NCBI GenBank assembly: GCA_028534125.1
Contig: CM052817.1
Span: 51,710,001-51,774,000, forward strand
Source: Lama glama
Taxonomy: Eukaryota
Length of the DNA stretch: 64,000 nt
Direction: 5' to 3'
This document shows, in pieces, positions 1 to 13,280 of this stretch; the stretch's first letter is position 1, and the number at the start of each line of letters is the position of its first letter. A program made the translations under genes and the position numbers. Under the pieces are notes generated by a model. It saw only the letters and a program-made list of their open reading frames with translations. It ran no database searches and had not been told where the DNA came from.

Positions 1-760
1 AATTTATTTATCACAAAACACACACATTCCTTGTGTTTTGATCATTTTAGTGTACTTCCACAATTACTTTAATTATTTGAGAGTGATATAATTAAATTGA
101 AACTTTAGTCCTGATTTTTCTACTTTATAAGTTGTGTGTATAATAAATGTGATTCAACTTTGGAAAAATATTTAAGAGCCACAATGAAGGGAGATAAATA
201 AATCAGATCTTAAATATTTGGCTTACTTCTTTGAGTAATCTCTTCCCTCTTTGACCCACTCATATGTTTAATTAGTAGTACACTTTCATTAAGAAAAAGT
301 AGTGTTTAAAACATATGTTACTATCAGAACTGTGCTTAGAATATTCTAATGTTTTTAAGCTGGCAAAATTAGCATCATTTTTTGCAACTTTATTTCCCCC
401 TGTTTTTTCCTGTCTACTTTTCTCGAAATAAATTAAAACCTAAAGTAGATAAGCACTGTCGAGTTAGTCATGACAGTCGTACATTCCTCTTAAAGAAACC
501 TTACAGACAGACCTGATTCAGCTGGGAAATGACTGGGAAGGGAAAGTTCAGTGAAAGGAGCCTGTTGTAAGTTTAGGCTTCTAGAAATGGAGGTAATTGA
601 TGTTTGCTCGGTGGAGGTGTCATCCTGCAGGAGAAACACATGATTCAGTATTTTGTATATCAACACTATTATTGTTCCAGAACAGAACCAAGATAGTGGA
701 TGGTTCCAAAGCTGTATCTGTGTAATTTCTCTTTATTGGACTGGTAAAGATTATCTCTTC

Positions 761-1175
761 TGTGGAAGTAAACAAACAATACCAAATGAGAACAAGCAAA
801 GGCGATTTATTAAGAGCTTGCTATAGCAAGAGAATCAGCCACCATCACCTGAGTTTGGCAGAGACTCAAAGGCAGGCAGTGGTGTAAAAACTTTATTACG
901 AAGAAAGGGAAAGCTTCAGGCCCGCCCTGCTGGGAGGCTGTTGGCCTGAGGAAGCTGGAGGTGGGCCTCCTGTGTGACTGCTTAGGCTTCCACTAGTCCT
1001 AACTAGCGACAAAAAATTCGGGAAGCTGGCATTTACTGATAAAGTTCTGATCACTTGGGTCAGTTATTACAGAGGTTATAATTTGGCTTCCTAAGCTGGT
1101 TGCTGCAGATTTTGGATCAGAGTTCTTTTTTTCTATTTAGTCTGATCATTGTCCATTTGTATATTTAGTCTCTCA
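761..1175 (-). mobile_element. Solo ERV1-class LTR (MER89/MER90/MER110-like; family uncertain)
   Basis: TG...CA termini (TGTGG at 761, TCTCA ending 1175) flanked by an exact 4-bp target-site duplication CTTC (757-760, 1176-1179). The body resembles recalled ERV1 LTR consensus in reverse. Confidence 0.75.
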
Positions 1176-3144
1176 CTTCATGAATTTCACTAAATAGTGT
1201 TACAAGTCCTTTTATAAGCTTAATGTTCAGTTTTTTTTTAATTAAAGAGGAGAGAAAATTAGAAGGATTGTAGCCGTGAATATACTGTAAATTCCTTTTA
1301 CTTCTAGGTGATCAGATAAATAACTAGATCAAATCAGCATCACCTTGAATCTTAATCAGTTTATAAAAGAAACCATGTAATTTTGAAGGTAGAGGGTTGA
1401 AATTGTTTAAGAAGGATTTTGATTTAACAAAGAACTAAAGAAACTATATGTCTTACAATGCCAGAGAAGGAAAGTGGGAGATGAGGAAAAAGAAAAGGAG
1501 GGGGAAGTGAAATTGAGATAAACTTGAAAAAAATATATTTTTATTCATTTTTAGTGGTTCTTAAACTTATTCTTTTACCAGACTGTTTGCCAGTTTTTGA
1601 GTTAGATATCAGTTTGAAAATGTGTAGTCTGCCCTACCCATATAATGCTTACGATGTCCTGTTTCCTATTTGTTACTTGAAGAGAAAGTTGAGTTTTTAG
1701 AAAGTTTAATCCAAAAAATCATATATACTTGATGAGAACATATAGATCAAATATTTTTTTAAATTAGTGTTTTATTGGCCATATCTAAAGTATACTTAAA
1801 TATATTTATATTTATATATGTACGAATAGACATATAGACACGTGTATAATAATATAGTACTGACGTTCAATTATTTAAATTTGAATAACATAAAAAATTA
1901 AATGATGAAATGTATGAAAAGGTGAAACAATTGGATTTTCTTTTTCTAAATATCACACTGGGCAGCTTTTAGCAAAAGTGCTTGGTTCATGTAACCTCTT
2001 GTTGTGGGCTCACTTGATTTTTCTGACCTTGGTGACCTGTAGAACTTGCTTTTTTGATAAAATTTGATTCTTTGATATGCTTCTTGCTTTCATAACATGA
2101 ACAGTCTAATATGGAGACAAACATGCAATCAGATAATTTCTACAGTTAGTGTTGTATTTTTAAAAAATTGGTGCAATTATAGAATGGAGGGTATAATTAT
2201 CTTTACCTTTAGGGGTACAGAAATACTGTTACAGAAATTGTAAATTTGAGCAGAACGCAGAGGATAAAGAGAAATTTTGCGAGTTTGTCGAGAGAGAGTG
2301 CGTGATAGAGAAGGCACGACAACAAGAATGCACGTGGTGTGTCCAGTTTATTGTGACTCTTTAGACCTGTCTACAAGGCCTTCCACAACCTCTGCCTGAG
2401 ACCCTCCCCAGCCAGCCTCATCTTCATTCCTGCCTGCCTCATTAATGGCATGAATTTTCATACATAAATGCAATAAATAAATATATACATAGTACGTATA
2501 TATATAACTAAAGGTATGTATATGTAGCTCTGGTTTACTCTAGCTCTGTAACAGTTGAAAAGAAAATCTTATACATCAAAATATCCACCACTTCTTGAAG
2601 GCTTTCCTGACAAGCCTGGAGAAAACGGAGCTTTGCTTTTTGCATAACTTTATGTTAGTCCTTGGTCAGAAGGGCAAAATGAGGAGAGTGAATAAAGATA
2701 GCCTTACAGATTTGTTATTTTGTTTGAGGTATTATGACTCCTAAAGAATGCAAGTACCTAGCATTGAAGTACAGAAGTACAAAAAATCTGTTATTAATCA
2801 TTAACTGAAAGAAACCTGTAAAGTTAAATGTTAGGGGGGAAAAAAGCTTATGGTTTAAAAAGATGGAGGAGAAGATGAAATTTAAAGTTACTTAACAAAC
2901 CAGTTTTCATTTGTAGGTCATATAAATTAACACTGTAAACAAATTGCACGAGAATTATTTTAAGTACTTACCAGAGAACAAATTGTATTTAAGCACCTTC
3001 AGGCACTTTAGAAGTTTTTATTAGCATGCAGACCATTACTATGCTAATTACAAACCTTTTCCTTTGTATTCATTAAGTAAATTCCCCTAAGACTATTATA
3101 AGACACATAATTCAGGACAAGTATTTGTTGAGTACCTGTTGGAT

Positions 3145-3331
3145 CAGTGGTTGTCAACCTGAAAGAAATCAACTAACAGCTTTTGAAAAATAATAATGCT
3201 TGGGTCCCACGGTCAAAGTGTTCCGATTTGATTGTCCTGGGATGAGGCTTGAGCACTGTGGTTTGTTTTGTTTTGCTTTTTTTCCAAAACTTCCTGGTTG
3301 ACTCTAATCAGTAGCCTGGTTTAGAATCATT
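3145..3331. mobile_element. MER5-like hAT-Charlie DNA transposon remnant
   Basis: cagtggttgtcaacct start, aatgcttgggtcccac core, gactctaat...gtttagaatcatt end. Confidence 0.6.
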
Positions 3332-4312
3332 CTATAACGTGAGTAGAAAGCTTTTTTATGTGTACTTTCTTATTCTTAAAGCACAGCACATAGATCCTCA
3401 TGAATATTTGCTGATAACAAGAATGATTTTGTCTGCTGTAGCAAAAAGTTTACAAAAGGTGGTTAATATTTGGTGACATTCATTTTGAGTCCGCCATATG
3501 TACCGGAATAAGGAAACTGAATCTAACATATTCAGTAATGTTTGGGAGTTGCATCTATGTTTTCACCTGCGGCATTTATGGAAGAATAACTTGTTTTTTA
3601 ATGACCTCTGGCCCATCAGAATGATTAAAAGAAGTACAATGAATCATCATTAAAGTATAGCTTGTGAAATAAACCAACTGAAGTGTAGTTTAAAGATAAC
3701 TCACCTCAAGTTTTCTTTCTGCTTTCATGTGGTTTGATATGCCAGGATCGAAGTAGCTGTCTTCAGAGAAAGAAAGGAGGAGAGTCCCTGATTCCAAAGT
3801 TAAAGTGAATTTGTTCGTTTGTTTGTTTTTGTGACTTTATCCTTAAGACAAAAGGATGGCTATACATGGAACATTTAGGTTTGCAGAATTTGGAAGTTCA
3901 TTTTTATTTTAGAAGTCTTTGAATGTGTATAATTTATTTAAGGTTTGGCTTAGTCACGTACACGACTTAATCTATTTTATACATGTGTTTGAATAATATA
4001 GCATAATCTGATCATTCAGTATTTTTATGACCCTCATCTTTTAATACTTTAAAGCAAAATGTAATAGATTTTGCTATGATAAGGACTAGACTCAGATAAA
4101 TGCAATTTAGTTGTTGTATGTGATTTTTTGTGAGTTAATTTATGAGATTTTTTTTTACCCTGGTAATAAGCTATTAATGAAGGAAGAAAGGTTCGTAACA
4201 GGGCTCCCCATACAAAAGTTTTAAATTTTTCAACAGAGGAGGGGGAGATGGGAATAGGGGAGAGGGTAGAAATGAAAAGAGCTGGAAGATATGGAAGAAG
4301 AAATTGTGCTTC

Positions 4313-4500
4313 TGTTGCCAAAAAGATGGCCTCTGGGCCCTGATAGCCAAACTGAGACTTGGGGGGGCAGAGTTTGGGAGAATTAGAAAAGAACTGATTT
4401 ATTGCTTTGCCCGGCAAAGGGAAGTCACAGCAGGCTAGTGCTTAGAGACAGGAGCCCCTCTTGGGGTTATGGTCCTGAGGTTTTACCGAAAAGGTGGGCA
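4313..4500 (-). mobile_element. ERV LTR fragment (laurasiatherian ERV1-like)
   Basis: TGTTGCC terminus and tttattgctttgcccggcaaaggg (reverse poly(A) signal context) typical of ERV1 LTRs. Boundaries approximate. Confidence 0.5.
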
Positions 4501-4524
4501 GAACAGAAAGGCAACAACAAACAG

Positions 4525-5401
4525 GGCATTTTTCTGGGGTCCCATATACTCTGACATCAGCCTGGTGTCCTGTAGTTTGGTTCAACTTGACACTAAACAG
4601 AGTTGGCACAGACCTCACAGGTTAAGGGCTCAGTCTCAGACTGCCCCTTACTTCAGACACCAATCACAATAAGTAGGTCCCCAAGTTCCCCACAGCTTCT
4701 GTCTGACTTGGCCACAAATAGGAGGCCTTCCCATCCCATGATCCCCCTCCTTGGATTTGATTATTTGCTAAAACAGCTCACAGAACCCTGGGAAATAGTC
4801 TGTACATTTATCAGTTGATTATATAAGAAAGGATTTGATAAAGGATGCAGATAGACAAATGAAGAGATACACAGAGCTAGGTCCATATGGGTCCCAAGTG
4901 CAGGATCTTCATTTCTGCGGAGCTGAGGTGCGCCCCCTTCCAGTACATGGATGTACTTTTAGGATTTTTATGGAGGCTTCATCTTGTAGGCATAATGAAT
5001 CATTAACTCCATTTCCAGCCCCTCTCCCTTCTCTGGAGAATGAGAGATAAGACTGAAAATTCCAAGCTTCTAATCATGACTTGGTTTTTCTGGTGACCAA
5101 TCCACCAAGGGTCACCAAATTAAAACAAAAAACACTCCTATCACCCAGGAAATTCCAAGAGATTTAGGAGCTTTGTGTCAGGAATCATAGTCAAAGACTA
5201 AATATTAGAATAAGAGATGCTCCTAGTGCTCTTATCACTTTGGAAATTACATCATTTTAGGAGCTCCGTGTCAGAAACTGGGATCAAAGACTAAATGTTA
5301 GAATAAAAGATTCTCCTAGTACCCCTATTTAACAAGGGTTTTAGGAGTTCTGTGTCAGGAATGGGACAGAGACCAATGTATGTATTTCTTACTATTTCAC
5401 A
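4525..5401 (-). mobile_element. MER21-family LTR
   Basis: Hallmarks acaggttaagggctcagtc, gactgcccc..cttcagacaccaatc, atttgctaaaacagctcacagaa, ttttatggaggcttcat, tttaggagctc.gtgtcag and the end atttcttactatttcaca. Confidence 0.8.
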
Positions 5402-6534
5402 GCAAGATACAAGAGTATCAGTTTTGGAACTTGATTAAGTAAGACTAAGAGATCCACTGATGGTTCAAAACTCACCTGCCAGGGACTAATGCTCAGAAAG
5501 GACAATATTGATAAGGGGTCCTAGGAAGTTATAAAGAGATACCTACAATCATTGTTGAGGGATAAGGAGCTCTTGAGTAAGAAGGAAGCAGCCAATTGGA
5601 AAAGTTCTTTAAAATTACTGTGTATAACTATATCCTATTCCAGTTTGTCGAGACCAGTCATTGGATTTTGCACATACAATCAAAGCATGTGTTGTAGACA
5701 TGGGATTCCCCTCAGAATTACTCAAAAATGCACTTAAAAAAACACTCTTTCCAGCCATTCTGCATTACCACCTCTTGGAGGGTGGAATCATTTTATGCCT
5801 TTCTGTCAGAAGTATGGGGACTGAGGAGTAGAATTTGGGAACCACCTGGGTTATCATTATGCATTTCATCCCTTTCTCAGTTTTTGCAAAAAATTTTTTC
5901 CAGTTTTTGCCTAGCTTCATCAGGAAATCAGTACTAAATCTAAGAAGAGTGGCAGTAAATTAAGACACAGATGCAAAAGGTGTTTCATTATGAGATATTT
6001 TAAGAAATGTATAATATAACATTGTCAGTGTTAATTACCACTGAACAATATCCTCACCTTCTTTTGTTGTAAATATCTGTTACCTGTTTAAATTACTCTT
6101 AGCATTTCAAAACTGATAGGGTGTAAATGACAGTATATTGTGATAAGCATCATAATTGGAATTATTTGAATTCTTTGTTTAATTTTCTTACAATTATAAA
6201 GTAAAATAACCACAAAAAAATTTGAAATCAGAGAAGACTGAAGTTGTCCCATAGAAATGCAAATGTTCCATAGAATTGTCCCTAGGCCAACACAGTAGAT
6301 ATCAAAGGCCTTACGTATTTTTTGCCATCATTTTATATCTCTGCACACTAATTTTTACCTAATGTTTAAAAAATGTAATATTATACCATATTAATTTCAT
6401 TGCATCATAGACTCCACAAATAGGTTTTGTTAACTGCAAAATATGTGTTGGTCATTAGTTCCTCTAAAATCTCTAGCCAGTCTCATGCATATTATCTCTA
6501 CCTTACTTTTTGCTGTAAGACCATGTTATTATAA

Positions 6535-6760
6535 TAATATCAGTTAAAATATTTTTAAGTGCTGTCTATGAGCCCAGGACATTTCAGAGAGCTTTACATG
6601 TATAATCAAACTTGCTCTTCAAAGTAGCCCTACATGGTATAGTTTCTATTATTTATCTCATTTACATTAATGACTAGTTTACCAAAAACTATACATTTCG
6701 TAGTGGGTACATCCAGGACTGCTCCTAATTTGACTACAAAACCCATGATCTTATCTGTTT
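6535..6760 (-). mobile_element. MIR SINE remnant
   Basis: Degenerate MIR core (ttttaagtgctgtctatgagcccagg ... tttgactacaaaacccatgatctta). Confidence 0.5.
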
Positions 6761-8947
6761 TGCTCCCAAGTGATGTCAAAAGGTAAGGACATTTTTATCA
6801 CCCTTTAATAACTTTTAGAGGATTATTCTCCAAAGCACGGGTGATACTTCTTACTATGCCCTGCCACCTTTGAGGGCTCAAACTACACTCTTTTCTCCAG
6901 CACTCAGTACCATCATTTTGTTATTGTTGCTGTCGTTTTATTTAAAATGGATCAATAACACAACCTTTACATTGTCTTTCTTTTTTTAACCAGTAAACTG
7001 AAAATACTATCTACCTAATTAAAATACTTCTTTTGTGAAATTGCTCTCCCTGCCTCTCTCATTTATCTTTTAGGATCTTAGTGCTTTTCTTATCCACTTG
7101 TACAATCTCTTGCTTTGAAATTTGAGTCATCGTTTATCCACAGCCTGTAGTCTTGCTTCTCTGATCTAGTATCTTTGAGAATTTCTTCCCAAGACTTATA
7201 ATCACCTTGCTTCAGTAGGAAGGAGGTTATCTTACTTACACTGACACACTTGGTACATTTATTGATCAACTCTGTGTAAAGCTTGGCCAAAGTAATTTCA
7301 TTCGAATCTTTTGGGGGTCTAGAAAGCTGCTGTTATCATGTTTTAACCTTCCAAAGGACAAGTCAAAATATCTTGTTAAAACAAGGATCAACAGTTTTGC
7401 TATTTAAGCCTAGAAGGGCTAAACTGTTTTAAACTTGGATAATAATGATCTTGGTATAACTGCATACAGTTACTTCCAGACATCCAGGTGCTAAAATCTG
7501 ATGGGAATGCAAATGGACTCTGTGTTGAACCATAGCTCACATAAATTAGATTGGCTGCTATTTCTAGCACATTTTGGTTTCTATTTCTAAATTATCTCTG
7601 AGGCTTGTAAGCATTTTCAATCTGCACTTCAAGTATTTATTGATTAAGGAAAGAACATGTTTTTTATACCATCTGGTGCTGAGGTGTTACTGTGGGAGCA
7701 TCCTCAGAGTTTATTTAAAATGAGTAATTTGGGGGATTACTATTCCACTTCAGATATTCATAGAGAAGGAGCTTCAGTTTTAATTTTCTTAATGACATAT
7801 TAATGCACAGTATGCTCTGATCACTAAACCCTTAAAAAATGTATTTTGTGGAAACGATTTTCTTTAATTACATTAGCCATCTGTATTTATGTGAATTGGT
7901 CTGAATGTAATTAGTTTAGTTATATTATAAATAGAAATACTTATGTAGTAATATTATATAGATCATGAAAAAATGAATTTCTCTGAGATAATGAGAGTCC
8001 GTTCTATCATTTTGATTATGATAATACCAAGAGTAGTAGCTACCACTTTTCTCCCAAAGCATATGATATCTGATTTAAGGGAAAAGTATCCTCTCACTTT
8101 ATTTTCACAAAAACTACGAGATAGGATTCATTATTATCCATATTTTATAGCAGTCAACCAAAACACAGAAAAGTTAACTAAGTACCCAAGGTATTAATTT
8201 ATGCCATCTTGAAACAAGTCAAAGTATCAGTACAAAATCTAAAACAATGACTTAGAAAAAAATAGAAGAACAAGCATTTGATTTTACATGATTTCAGATT
8301 TTTGATTGAACTTTTTTCAGAATTATAAATTTGGAATCAAATGATATATAAGGTGACAAATTTTCGAGGACTTAAATTTGTAGATTTGGTGTTACAGTGA
8401 ATTGTGTGTATGTGTGTATGTGTGTGAGTATGTACTAATTTGTAAGACAAAAGCATTATAATTTTTCAAATGAAAAGGACTACATAAAATGTTAACATTT
8501 TTAGAATCTGTAGTGTACTTTTTTGGGTCTTAGAACACTGATCAAGTATTAAACAAATCTTTGTAGGTGATGGCCAATCACAGTGCAGTTCTTACTTTCC
8601 TAGGCAGTTCTGCATGAGTTTGTAAACTGTGCACATTCAACTAGGATGTTTGTGCTTTGTTAGGAGATGATGTCATCTTTTTTTAACTGCTGAAAAACAA
8701 GTGTATACATTTGTCAGCAATCTGTTATTATTTATTATTTATTGAGTTGGAACTGTGCTGTTTGAAATCTACACATATATGCAAACTTTCCATATTAATA
8801 ACTACCAGTAAATTGAGATAATTGTGCCAATAGGTAATACCAATTACAGTAAAGCTACTTGTTGTGTCATTCATCCTGTTTAAATTGTGAAGAAAGAAAG
8901 ATCAAGAAATCATCCTCATCTCACGAAACTAATAGTCTAAAAAAAGA

Positions 8948-9149
8948 GGAAGGCAGATTTTCTTTAAAGTGCCAGATAGTAAGTTTTCAGCTTTGCAGGC
9001 CACACATCCTCTGTCACAACTACTTAAATTCGCCATGACAGCATGAAAGAAGCCATAACCATAATGAGCGTGGCTCTGTTTCATAGCACCGGACTTACAA
9101 AAATAAGTGGGAGACTAGATTTGGCCCATGGGCCATAGTTGTTAACCTC
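8948..9149. mobile_element. MER58A-like hAT-Charlie DNA transposon
   Basis: ccagatagtaag...gctttgcaggccac...tctgtcacaactact...gatttggcccatgggccatagtt match recalled MER58A consensus. Confidence 0.75.
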
Positions 9150-10590
9150 AAATCTTAGTGCCAATACAAATAGAAGCAACAGGAAAGTTAACATACCTAA
9201 GATATCAGTAATTATGACATGAATGAAATAAATATAATTATTAAATATGTATCAAGATTTGCCAAAGTATTTTACAGATTGCTTTACCTACTCTTTAAGT
9301 ACTTTAACATTTTGTTATACTGTAGCTTTGACTTTCAGACTTTCAGTAGCTCTACAATGAAAATAATTATTTGGCATATTCTTTAAAATATATGTAGTCA
9401 AACTGGAAATAAATGTCACAGTTGCCATTTTAGTGACAGCCAAATTCTCAGATGCTTAGTAATATGAAAAATCTAAGCATTATCAGTGCTCCAGAGAAAC
9501 TATAGGGAATGTTGCCTTCTATTCCTTTGAGAAAGGTCCATTGGAATTTGATTTGGGAATATTTGTCTACCTTTGTTAGCATTTCCAAATATATTGAATG
9601 TTTGCATTGTATTTTCTTCTTCTTATTTGATATAAAATAGAGTAGATAGAATTGAAGTACCTGAGTTCAAGAGAGACAGAGTTTAGTAAAACTCTCAGCC
9701 TGCTGGTGTGTGGTATCATTACTGAGCTCACTCCACAGTTCTCTTGAAATCACTATCAGTGCAATTAATAACTATACTGGAAAGTGAATGCATTGAAACA
9801 CTAAATATCTTCTGTGTTATATTCTGCCATTAGTTTATGTGGTTTATAACAACAAAGTACATTTTATTAAACAATTTACTTGGTATTTTCTGGATTTCTT
9901 TTTCTATGACTATGTAGAAAATTAAAAGAATCTAGAACGTTGCAATATCCAGAAAAGTGCATGTATTTTGCGTAGTTTGGGTTTTTTTTTTTAATACAGC
10001 AATAGCTCTGCAAATATATTATGGAGATGCATTTTTTAAATCTGAAAATGTAAATTTAAATTGGTAGCTTTCCATAAGTGATTGGAGAAGTCATGTAAGC
10101 ATAACGTTTTCAGTAGGCTGTGATAAATAATGCCACTGGTGTAAGAAATCAGTGGGTCAAATGAACGCAGTATTATTCTCCAGCCTGAATTTGTAGGCTC
10201 TCTGCAAAACATTTGTTTACAGGGCTATTTAGAATGTCTTTGGAATATAAATTTTGCGGGAATTTCTGAGGAAAGATATATTTAAATGGGCTTATGTCTT
10301 TATTCATATGTCTGTATTAATTGGATAATCAAATATATTGGCTCATTATATTTCCTACTGAATAAGCATTTTAAGTAAAATGAAAATAATTATCTACTAC
10401 AGCTCTGTATTTAACTCCATAAAATGCTTCTTAACTTAAAAGGCATTGTGGAAAAATTAATTGTATGCATTTAGGGAATTTTGATTTTTGAAAAGCAAAG
10501 CAGACACCTGTCTAAATTCATAGTGTCTTTATGCTGTATCAGGGGAGTGGGATCTCTTCCTTATCTTGGGCTCTCTTGTTTGCTTTTCAG

Positions 10591-10656
10591 TTGCTGCGAT
10601 TGTGGCTGTGGAAGGGCTTCTTCCCTGTGCGCTGTTGCCCATCCAAGCCTAATATG
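10591..10656 (+). CDS. EPHA5: EPHA5 alternative (cassette) juxtamembrane exon, 66 nt, (S)[21 protein letters not shown](W)
   Basis: Acceptor tgcttttcag|TTGCTGC, donor ATATG|gttagt. Phase 2/2 and a multiple of 3. Matches the known 22-aa EphA5 juxtamembrane insert. Confidence 0.93.
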
Positions 10657-12780
10657 GTTAGTGTTCCCCTCCTGCTTTCACTCCTATGTGCTGTGCCACC
10701 TATATGTATTATTGTCAGCATTCCTTTTTTTTTTCCATTTGTGTACATTTTACGAGCACGCCAGTTATGCCTTAAAAGATGAGTAGAATGAAACCGAGTC
10801 CCCAAAAAGAATCTTAACAAGTGATTTCACAATGGGTACTTTCAAATAAAATATACATAGAGCATATCACCCCATGCCAAGCATTCAGACTTCTCTTCCA
10901 AAGCTTTTACTGTGGTCCTGATTTAAACCAGGAATTTGTAAGATTGTGGCATCTGTTTTACATTTAACATGTCACTGTTTTTGTTGTTCCATTAAATTTA
11001 AAACCATATCATACTTACAAGTAGAATGCTACTTCTGTCAAGGTGAAATCACCTTTCCTGTCTCCCAGAACCATGGAATGACCATAACATAATGGGATCT
11101 TCTATTTTCATAACCATTGTGGACATATGTGGCATTGGAGAACAGACATATAATTTTAAGTGGTTTTCTTCATAGTTTGAAGTTTGAAGTATTTCAGATA
11201 CTAGAAGTAATATTCCTAATTTAATACCAGTAAAGTAAAACGTATGTATATTTTTGGGATCAGTGTCCAAATGGGATAGTTTTAATTATTAACAAATGCA
11301 AATCCTAAGTACACATTTGGGTTATAGCTGTAAAACTGTAGGCTAGACCGTAAGACCAGAGAACTCTCTTCACAGATTTAGGGGAACTCTTACCCAATAG
11401 CGAGCTTGTAAAAAATGAAATTCTCCAGATAATTTCTTTCTTGATTAAAGAGTCTAAATCCCTTCACTACTATGATATAGCTCTCTTATTTGTTGTCAAA
11501 ATTTGCCAAGGAAAGATATTCTGAAATGCATTTTGGAGAATTATAGGGTTACCTTGGGGCATTTAAAATTGTAATTTGTAATCTCTAGGTGTAAATTAAT
11601 TTTTGTTGATTCAAAAATCTGTGGTGTGAATGAGTGTGATTCATGCATAGATGGGAAAAGTGATGGAATGGGTACCAATGATCTTCTGAAAACAAGAGTA
11701 AACAAGTAGATTGATAAATTCAGAGGTCTTTTTCTCAATCCTTTGAAATTCTTATATTTGAAAAAAATTTGAAGTTAATATGAAGGTACAAATTTGTTCC
11801 TAATTATTTAACTGACTCAGGATTCTTATATTAGCCTGGGGCTTCAGTGACAGATCAAAAACAGACAAAAAAAAAAAAACTCTGAAATCTGGCAATGCCT
11901 GAAGTATAACATAAATGGCTTGAAACTGTGACTTTGTATTTTTTACTGCTTCATGAAAAACCAAAAAATGATCACTCAAAGATACCTTAATGGGAGTATG
12001 AAAATTTATGAAGCCATGACTTAGAAAATATTGGCAAAAACTAACTGTAGCTGGATTTAAATTGCTTGATTTTTAAAAAATAGTGTATTTTTCTACTGAG
12101 TAGTTGACTTCAGGGGGTTTATAAAATGAACAAATAAAAGAAACGAGAAAAGTGGGAAGGTGGAACACTTTCTTTTAAAAAAACACACCAGGAAACCTAA
12201 GATAACAATTTTTGCCTAGTATCTTTCTTCAAATAATGTTAGTAATCATGGATTCAGTGAGTGTGCTTGTGTATGTGCATGTATGTGTGTGTGTATGTGT
12301 ACACAAAAAACAGAAATGATTTAGCTACAAATGTGCTTCAGTGCCCATTAAAATGCTAACAGTTTGTGTGCAAAGATTTATGGGAGAGCTAGAATTTTTT
12401 AATGCATTCTTGGTAAAACAAAATGAAATATAACAAAAAAAACTTTAATTGATCTTACATAAATTAGACAGTAATAAAGTTGTTCAGAATTATTAGTTGG
12501 GAAGAATGGAAGCTAAGTATGTTTTTATTGCACTGCCTTCTCAAATTCCATGTCATAATTTCTAGTCACTATGAGGTTTCAGTTAAAGATACTGTTTGCT
12601 TAGATGAAAGCATTGGGAGAAAACAACCTCACATAATGGAAATTAAGGGCTAAGAAGAAGCTTCCTAGTAGAATCGGTAAAATACGAAAAATCTTGTCAC
12701 CTGATTTTGTGTGTGTAATCATATCAGCATTTGTCAACTACCACATAAATAACTTCGGAGGAGCATTCTGTCATCATTTG

Positions 12781-13280
12781 NNNNNNNNNNNNNNNNNNNN
12801 NNNNNNNNNNNNNNNNNNNNNNNNNNNNNNNNNNNNNNNNNNNNNNNNNNNNNNNNNNNNNNNNNNNNNNNNNNNNNNNNNNNNNNNNNNNNNNNNNNNN
12901 NNNNNNNNNNNNNNNNNNNNNNNNNNNNNNNNNNNNNNNNNNNNNNNNNNNNNNNNNNNNNNNNNNNNNNNNNNNNNNNNNNNNNNNNNNNNNNNNNNNN
13001 NNNNNNNNNNNNNNNNNNNNNNNNNNNNNNNNNNNNNNNNNNNNNNNNNNNNNNNNNNNNNNNNNNNNNNNNNNNNNNNNNNNNNNNNNNNNNNNNNNNN
13101 NNNNNNNNNNNNNNNNNNNNNNNNNNNNNNNNNNNNNNNNNNNNNNNNNNNNNNNNNNNNNNNNNNNNNNNNNNNNNNNNNNNNNNNNNNNNNNNNNNNN
13201 NNNNNNNNNNNNNNNNNNNNNNNNNNNNNNNNNNNNNNNNNNNNNNNNNNNNNNNNNNNNNNNNNNNNNNNNNNNNNNNN
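12781..13280. other. Assembly gap (500 N)
   Basis: Run of exactly 500 N. Confidence 1.

Noticed and set aside
4049..5050. ORFs of 67-122 aa as viral or host genes
   Set aside because: They lie in or next to LTR sequence and show no gag, pol, env or other recognisable motifs.
1..10590. Transmembrane-encoding exon of EPHA5
   Set aside because: I found no matching hydrophobic exon with suitable splice sites, so it presumably lies upstream of the window.
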